Of a DNA stretch of 64,000 nt, positions 58,321 to 64,000 are shown piece after piece; the first letter of the stretch is position 1; the number at the start of each line of letters is the position of its first letter. This DNA is from Macrostomum lignano. Taxonomy: Eukaryota. The position numbers and the translations under genes were made by a program. The notes under the pieces are model-generated. The model was not told where the DNA came from. It was given only the letters and a program-made list of their open reading frames with translations, and ran no database searches. The stretch is taken from positions 1-64,000 of the forward strand of contig NIVC01001228.1 of NCBI GenBank assembly GCA_002269645.1. Reading direction: 5' to 3'.

Positions 58321-58804
58321 GTCTTTGAAAAATCTTTTCAAAGAAGTACACTAGCAAAACTATGTTGATTTACACTTGAAGCTTCAACAGCAAAAAAAAT
58401 TGATTTCCATAAAGTGATTTAGTGAGTAAAAATTTTGTTAATATTTCAAACTATATTTGAAATCGATATTAAAAATTGCAAATGAGTGTCATTTATAGTT
58501 GTGCATTCCTAAGTCCATGAGGCGTTGTGCAGTTCAGTAATGTGTTTAGCGGCATACATATAGCTATTTATTTAATTGCAACACAATATCATGTACACTA
58601 ACAGTACACATTAGAGAAGTGTGCAATAATTGCATCAATAGTGCCGCGGACACGTAAAACAGGGGTCTTGTTGCGAGATTCGCGCCCACAAAAGCTGGCG
58701 CATAGAGAGTGTACATGCTTCTGTACGCCCTACATGGGATTGCCTTCTAATTTTAGAATCTACTGGGGTGACAGTTGGTGCAGTAAACTTAATGGATTTT
58801 CTAT

Positions 58805-59619
58805 TCAAAGCTGAACAGGGTAAACAATTTTCTCCCGGCCAGCAATGCTCGGCGATTGCTGCTCCTGCTGCGGCGGCAAAGTCATCTGAGTGGCCTGCAA
58901 ACTTGTTGAATAGAATCGCATCGGACTGGACTGTTGATGCTGCTGATGCTGTAGCAGCTGCTGATAATAGTTCTGATGATGCTGGTAGACTTGATGATGC
59001 AGCTGAGTAGCGATTGGATGCTGACAGCTGCGCGCACTTTTGGCGCTCCTTGAGCTGCTCGGCGTCAGGCAGGCGACTCCGTGAGGCGAGTTGAAACCGC
59101 CAGTGTGGCTGGCTGGGTGCGGATGCTGCTGCATCAGCAGCTGATGCTGGTAGTAAGCCAACGGCTGTTGCTGTTGCTGCTTCGGCGATTGCTGCTGCTG
59201 CTGCTGCTGTTGAAAGCAGACACTCGAAGACAGTGAGGAACCATTGCCAGTGCTCTGCTGATACGGTCGACGAATGGTTGCTGGACTGTGCAAAAGCAGA
59301 AGATTTGTAACTAGTTCCTGATGCTCCTGTTGCTGCTGCTGCTGATGCTGCTGATGTCGGTAGATCGACGTCGGAGTCGATGACGAGGTGCTGGACGAGC
59401 GACATCGGCAGGCCGCCGCGAACTGGCCGGTGAGGCAGCGGTAGCAGCAGCAGGCGAGCCCAAGCAGGCAGGCCATCCCCAGTGCTACCGCCGCCACGCC
59501 GATGGCAACGGAGGCCGCCAGGCCGAAGCTGGCGAGCAGGCGGGACACCAGGCCGCTGCCCTGCCCGACGCCCGCGGAGTCCCCGATGCTGGGATCGTAT
59601 TGGCCTGGCATGCTGGTGC
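58805..59619 (-). CDS. Probable last coding exon of a host membrane protein: TM helix plus poly-Q cytoplasmic tail
   Basis: Acceptor CCTGCAG at 59620; LAASVAIGVAAVALGMACLLGLACCCY hydrophobic stretch then (CAG/CAA)n Q tracts. Phase join to the upstream exon is unresolved. Confidence 0.55.
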
Positions 59620-59739
59620 CTGCAGGACAGGCAAGGAAGTTGGTTTGGAAGCAATTTTATCCTTATTTTATGCGATATGCGTCAATGTGTCATATTCTGA
59701 GATTGTATTTCCTCATATCATCCCAAGTTTCTCAAATTC

Positions 59740-60557
59740 CGAATCTTCAAATCCTTAAATCCTTAAATCCCGAATCCTTAAGTTCCAAAACCTCAAATCT
59801 CAACAATCCGAAATCCTTAAATCCCCTATTCTAAAAGTCTAAATTCTCATATTCGAAAGCCTCAAATTCCGAATCCTCAAATCCCCAAATCCGAATCCTC
59901 AAATCCCCAAATCTGAATCCTCAAATCCCCAATTCCGAATCTTCAAATCCCCAATTCCTAATCCTCAAATCCCCAATTCCGAATCTTCAAATCCCCAATT
60001 CCAAATCCTCAAATCCCCAATTCCGAATCCTCAAATCCCCAAATCCGAATCCTCAAATCCCCAATTTCCGAATCCTCAAATCCCCAATTTCCGAATCCTC
60101 AAATCCCCTATTTCCGAATCCTCAAATCCCCAATTTACGAATCCTCAAATCCCCAACTTCCAAATCCTCAAATCCCCAGTTTCCGAATCCTCAAATCCCC
60201 AATTCCAAATCCTCAAATCCCCAATTCCGAATCTTCAAATCCCCAATTCCGAATCCTCAAATCCCCAATTTCCGAATCCTCAAATCCCCAATTTCCGAAT
60301 CCTCAAATCCCCTATTTCCGAATCCTCAAATCCTCAATTTACGAATCCTCAAATCCCCAACTTCCAAATCCTCAAATCCCCAGTTTCCGAATCCTCAAAT
60401 CCCCAATTCCAAATCCTCAAATCCCCAATTCCGAATCTTCAAATCCCCAATTCCGAATCCTCAAATCCCCAATTTCCGAATCCTTAAATCTCAAATTTCG
60501 ATTCCTCAAATCCTCATATTCCAAATCCTCAAATTCCAAATCCTCAAATTCAAATCC
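59740..60557 (+). repeat. 22-23-bp minisatellite (intronic)
   Basis: Unit CCGAATCCTCAAATCCCCAATT(T). Confidence 0.95.
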
Positions 60558-60597
60558 CTAATACAGATAATCTCCATCCTTAATCCCCATCCTGACC

Positions 60598-61010
60598 GTC
60601 TCTCTGCCCCAGTAGCAGGCAGAGCTCTGATCTCTCGTCGGCCCGTTAGGGCAGTGCACCACGCCGTCGCACAGAGCCTCCTTTGGCAGGCACCAGCTGA
60701 CCATCAAAGATGGAGTCGCCGCGTCGATTTGTCGACGCTGATGGTGACTCTTCGACGAGGACGCCTCGTCGCCGCCGTTGCCACTTCCGATGTTCATCGG
60801 TTTTGCTGGTAGAAATCGGCACAGTCTGAGTATCGATTCCTGATCACTAGCAGACGACTTCGAGTTTCGAACTGAGCCTGACTGCTCCAGCTTGGCGGCC
60901 GGGGGGCAGACCGGACCGCGGCGCTGAGGCTCCGTGACCGCCGCGACTGTCAGACGGAAACCGGCGCTGGATCCTCCAGCATGGCTGGGGTCAGCTTGTC
61001 CGGCTTCGAC
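60598..61010 (-). CDS. Host exon encoding a CUB-like C-terminal strand and an LDL-receptor class A-like module
   Basis: Acceptor ACACAG at 61011; open frame with GFRLTVAAV and CLPKEALCDGVVHCPNGPTRDQSSAC. Confidence 0.6.
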
Positions 61011-61029
61011 CTGTGTTTTGAGGTGTTTG

Positions 61030-61775
61030 GGATATGGGATATTTTGGATTGCTATGCATGGGATTTTAGACTGTAGGGATCTGGGATTTTATTGTAGATA
61101 GTAGGGATCTAGGATCTGGGATTTTAGATAGTAGGGATATGGGAGGGGGCCGTAGCCCAGCGGTAGCGCAGCTGCTCTGGTGTGCCAGCGACCCAGGCTC
61201 GATTCCAAGTGCAGTCACATTAATTTGGGGCTGAATTGGAATCTCGGCTTGGCTCTGCTCGTGCAATTAGCGGCCTTGAGAGCCAACCCCCCAAGGCGCA
61301 GTGAAGTGTACATGCCTAACGATAATATAAAGTTAGGGCCGCTGTACACTCCTGTGTGAGTGTGTGCCTGTGTACGTATCCGCGCGCTTGTATGCCTGCT
61401 CAGGGGAGTCGGCGGAATGGGCAGCAATGCCTCTCGCCAGTTGTGTGCCTATGTCGCTTAAAGTGCGCCAGGGTGCACACAACCCCCCTGCCTCTAATAA
61501 AAAAGGGATATGGGATCTGGGATTTTAAATAGTAGGGATCTGGGATTTTAGATGGTGGGGATATGGGATCTGGGATCTTTTAGATAGTGGGGATCTGGGA
61601 TTTTAGATGGTTAAGATGGTTAGGGATATGGGATCTGGGATCTTTTAGATAGAAGGGATCTGGGATTTTAGATAGTAGGAATATAGGATCTGGGATCTTT
61701 TAGATAGTAGGGACATGGGATTTTAGATGGTTGGGGATATGGGATCTGGGATCTTTTAAATAGAAGGGATCTGGG
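61030..61775 (+). repeat. GGGATCTGGGATTTTAGATAGTA-type minisatellite interrupted by a SINE
   Basis: Repeated GGGAT(A/C)TGGGAT...TTTTAGAT units on both sides of 61144-61504. Confidence 0.9.
61144..61504 (+). mobile_element. tRNA-derived SINE, second copy of the family at 8331-8691
   Basis: Near-identical (about a dozen substitutions by eye) to the inverse of 8331-8691; flanked by GGGATATGGG direct repeats (61134-43, 61505-14). Confidence 0.92.
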
Positions 61776-62439
61776 TTTTAGGCTCCGAAATTCGAAGATC
61801 TCGGTGTTTAGGGAATTTGTTTTTTAGGCATCGATTATATTGGTAGAGACTTTGAGAAATTAGCTTTAATCGTAAATATTTTTAGCATCTGGTGATATCT
61901 ACTATACTTTAATGTTTGTTCAAAAATGCATGCGATGCTACTTAAAGTAGAAAAACATTACGTATTGCAAAAACTGAACAGAAACTTATTATAGCAGAAA
62001 TTGAGAAAAATAATAACAAATTTATTTATATTCCAGTAATAATTGCCAACATTCGACTAAATGTTGACACCAATGAGAAGTTCGGGGACTATATTCTAGA
62101 CTATAAAGTAATATTTAATGCCGACACATCCCATCTCATAAGTGTGTGAATGCATTAGAACTGCGTGTGAGCCGAATTAAGTAAGGGCCCAACAACTTGT
62201 GCAGATGCTTGCGGTGGCACAGATATGACAGCATTGATGCGGCTGATGCGATCTGCCAAAGTCTCAATTTGAAGCCGGCTTCGGGGCCTTGACGAGTTGT
62301 CTGAATTGCTTATAAGCCTGGCTTTTCTCCTCTCCCATTGGATTGCGGATGGGGCTGGCTCAGAGTCTGCTTCCTAGCCTGCTTCTGTCGCTCCGATTCG
62401 CCCTCTCACTCTCCAGCAGCTTCTATCGACCCTTCTGTC

Positions 62440-63130
62440 CCTCTCCACCTCTCCCTCTGCGTCTCCGTCCACCTCTCCCTCTCCGTCTTCCTCTTCCTCT
62501 CCCTCTGCGTCTCTATCTCCGTCTCCATCTCCCTCTCCCTCTGCGTCTCCGTCTTCCTCTCCCTCTGCGTCTCCGTCTTCCTCTCCCTCTGCGTCTCCGT
62601 CTTCCTCTCCCTCTGCGTCTCCGTCTTCCTCTCCCTCTGCGTCTCCGTCTTCCTCTCCCTCTGCGTCTCCGTCTTCCTCTCCCTCTGCGTCTCCGTCTTC
62701 CTCTCCCTCTGCGTCTCCGTCTTCCTCTCCCTCTGCGTCTCCGTCTTCCTCTCCCTCTGCGTCTCCGTCTTCCTCTCCCTCTGCGTCTCCGTCTTCCTCT
62801 CCCTCTGCGTCTCCGTCTTCCTCTCCCTCTGCGTCTCCGTCTTCCTCTCCCTCTGCGTCTCCGTCTTCCTCTCCCTCTGCGTCTCCGTCTTCCTCTCCCT
62901 CTGCGTCTCCGTCTTCCTCTCCCTCTGCGTCTCCGTCTTCCTCTCCCTCTGCGTCTCCGTCTTCCTCTCCCTCTGCGTCTCCGTCTTCCTCTCCCTCTGC
63001 GTCTCCCTCTCCCTCTGCGTCTCCCTCTCTCCGCGTCTCCCTCTCCCTCTGCGTCTCCGTCTTCCTCTGCGTCTTCGTCTCCCTCTCCCTCTCCCTCTCC
63101 CTCTGGGTCTACGTCTCCGTCTCCCTCTCT
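62440..63130 (+). repeat. 24-bp pyrimidine-rich minisatellite
   Basis: About 20 perfect CTCCGTCTTCCTCTCCCTCTGCGT units with degenerate edges. Confidence 0.97.
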
Positions 63131-63714
63131 ATTTCCGTCTCCACCGGCCTAGGAGACCCACCCAAGAGACGGGCGCCCAACCAAGAGGACCCCCTTTAAG
63201 ACTGTGGCCTTGTCTAATTTAAATTCGCAGAATTGTCTAAAATTTCCCAAAAATTATCTGGATTTAGGGCGATTACGGTAAGACTTGCTACTCCAGCTCC
63301 TGGTTCTAGCTAGGAGTCGTTGGTCCATACCTTGGCCGCCCACAGCTGGTTCCAACTTGTGACAAGGAAGGCTCTATGCCACACCGTCTCCCTGCCGCTG
63401 GCTTGCTTGGCCTCTCTTTCAGTTGCCTTGTTGTTCTTTCGCCAATACTGACCCTCAGATTCTGACTGTGCAAATTCTTCGAAAGTGGGAAGAGTTTATG
63501 GGAAGATTAATAACATCTTGCGGAACCGTTTTCACTGCGGAACCTTTTGCACGAGGCGAATTGACTTTAAACTGTTTATAAAGTATTACTTATACTATTC
63601 GCGGGAAATGCGTTTCAAATAAAATAAACGCACTAATTCTTTAAGAAAATACTAGAATTTTTGCTGTACTAGATTTTTTCAACAAACTTTTTTTCAAATC
63701 TAGCTTAGATGATC

Positions 63715-64000
63715 TCACACCAAGCTAGATGGTCCCACACCAAGCTAGATGGTCCCACACCAAGCTAGATGGTCCCATACCCATGTTGATGATCCCACAC
63801 CAAGCTAGATGATCCCAAACCAAGCTAGATGATCCGGAACCAAGCTAGATGATCCGGAACCAAGCTAGATGATCCCACACCAAGCTAGATGATCCCAAAC
63901 CAAGCTAGATGATCCCACACCAAGCTAGATGATCCCAAACCAAGCTAGATGATCCCACACCAAGCTAAATGATCCGGAACCAAGCTAGATGATCCCACAC
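63715..64000 (+). repeat. 20-bp tandem repeat running off the window
   Basis: CAAGCTAGATGATCCCACAC and variants (CCCAAAC, CCGGAAC). Confidence 0.95.

Noticed and set aside
56638-58341. ORFs with PKSHS/NPIHRI and GNGI repeats
   Set aside because: Artefacts of the satellite array.
58635-59654. 339-aa poly-Ala frame
   Set aside because: Alternative frame of the CAG-rich exon; the overlapping frame with a TM helix and poly-Q fits the splice acceptor and architecture better.
61144-61220. tRNA gene (also 8620-8691 and 48248-48320)
   Set aside because: tRNA-like heads continue into ~300-bp bodies with A-rich tails and TSDs; these are SINEs with no complete cloverleaf.
62338-63222. Long ORFs of 294 and 269 aa
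   Set aside because: Translations of a 24-bp minisatellite (LSLCVSVF / LPLPLRLR repeats).

Overview
Eukaryotic (metazoan-like) repeat-rich DNA; no prokaryotic features. The flatworm-like flavour (CAG/poly-Q exons, dense minisatellites) is inference only. Positions 2864-44042 are one 41.2-kb Polinton/Maverick (adintovirus-like) insertion. It has AGTAGTAG...CTACTACT termini, ~560-bp TIRs and a 6-bp TSD (CGTACG), and its two flanks rejoin into one Ty1/copia integrase frame. About 30 kb of it is nested younger elements whose boundaries I could mostly fix by TSDs: a THAP/P fragment; a mariner containing a SINE; a piggyBac split by a ~1-kb solo LTR that itself holds an APE-RT-RNaseH LINE, a second PolB-less capsid-encoding Polinton (17640-25492) and a CACTG EnSpm; and a deleted Ty3/gypsy containing another solo LTR. 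The most striking content is an intact TATA-binding-protein (TBP)-like ORF next to a tandem-PC4 gene inside the outer Polinton's right end, with a second tandem-PC4 gene in the inner Polinton. This suggests a Polinton-encoded Pol II transcription module. Right of 44 kb lie two tandem paralogues of a six-exon orphan type I membrane protein gene (not visible in the ORF track) with minisatellite-inflated introns, exons of a CUB/LDLa-TM-polyQ host gene, SINEs and satellite arrays.
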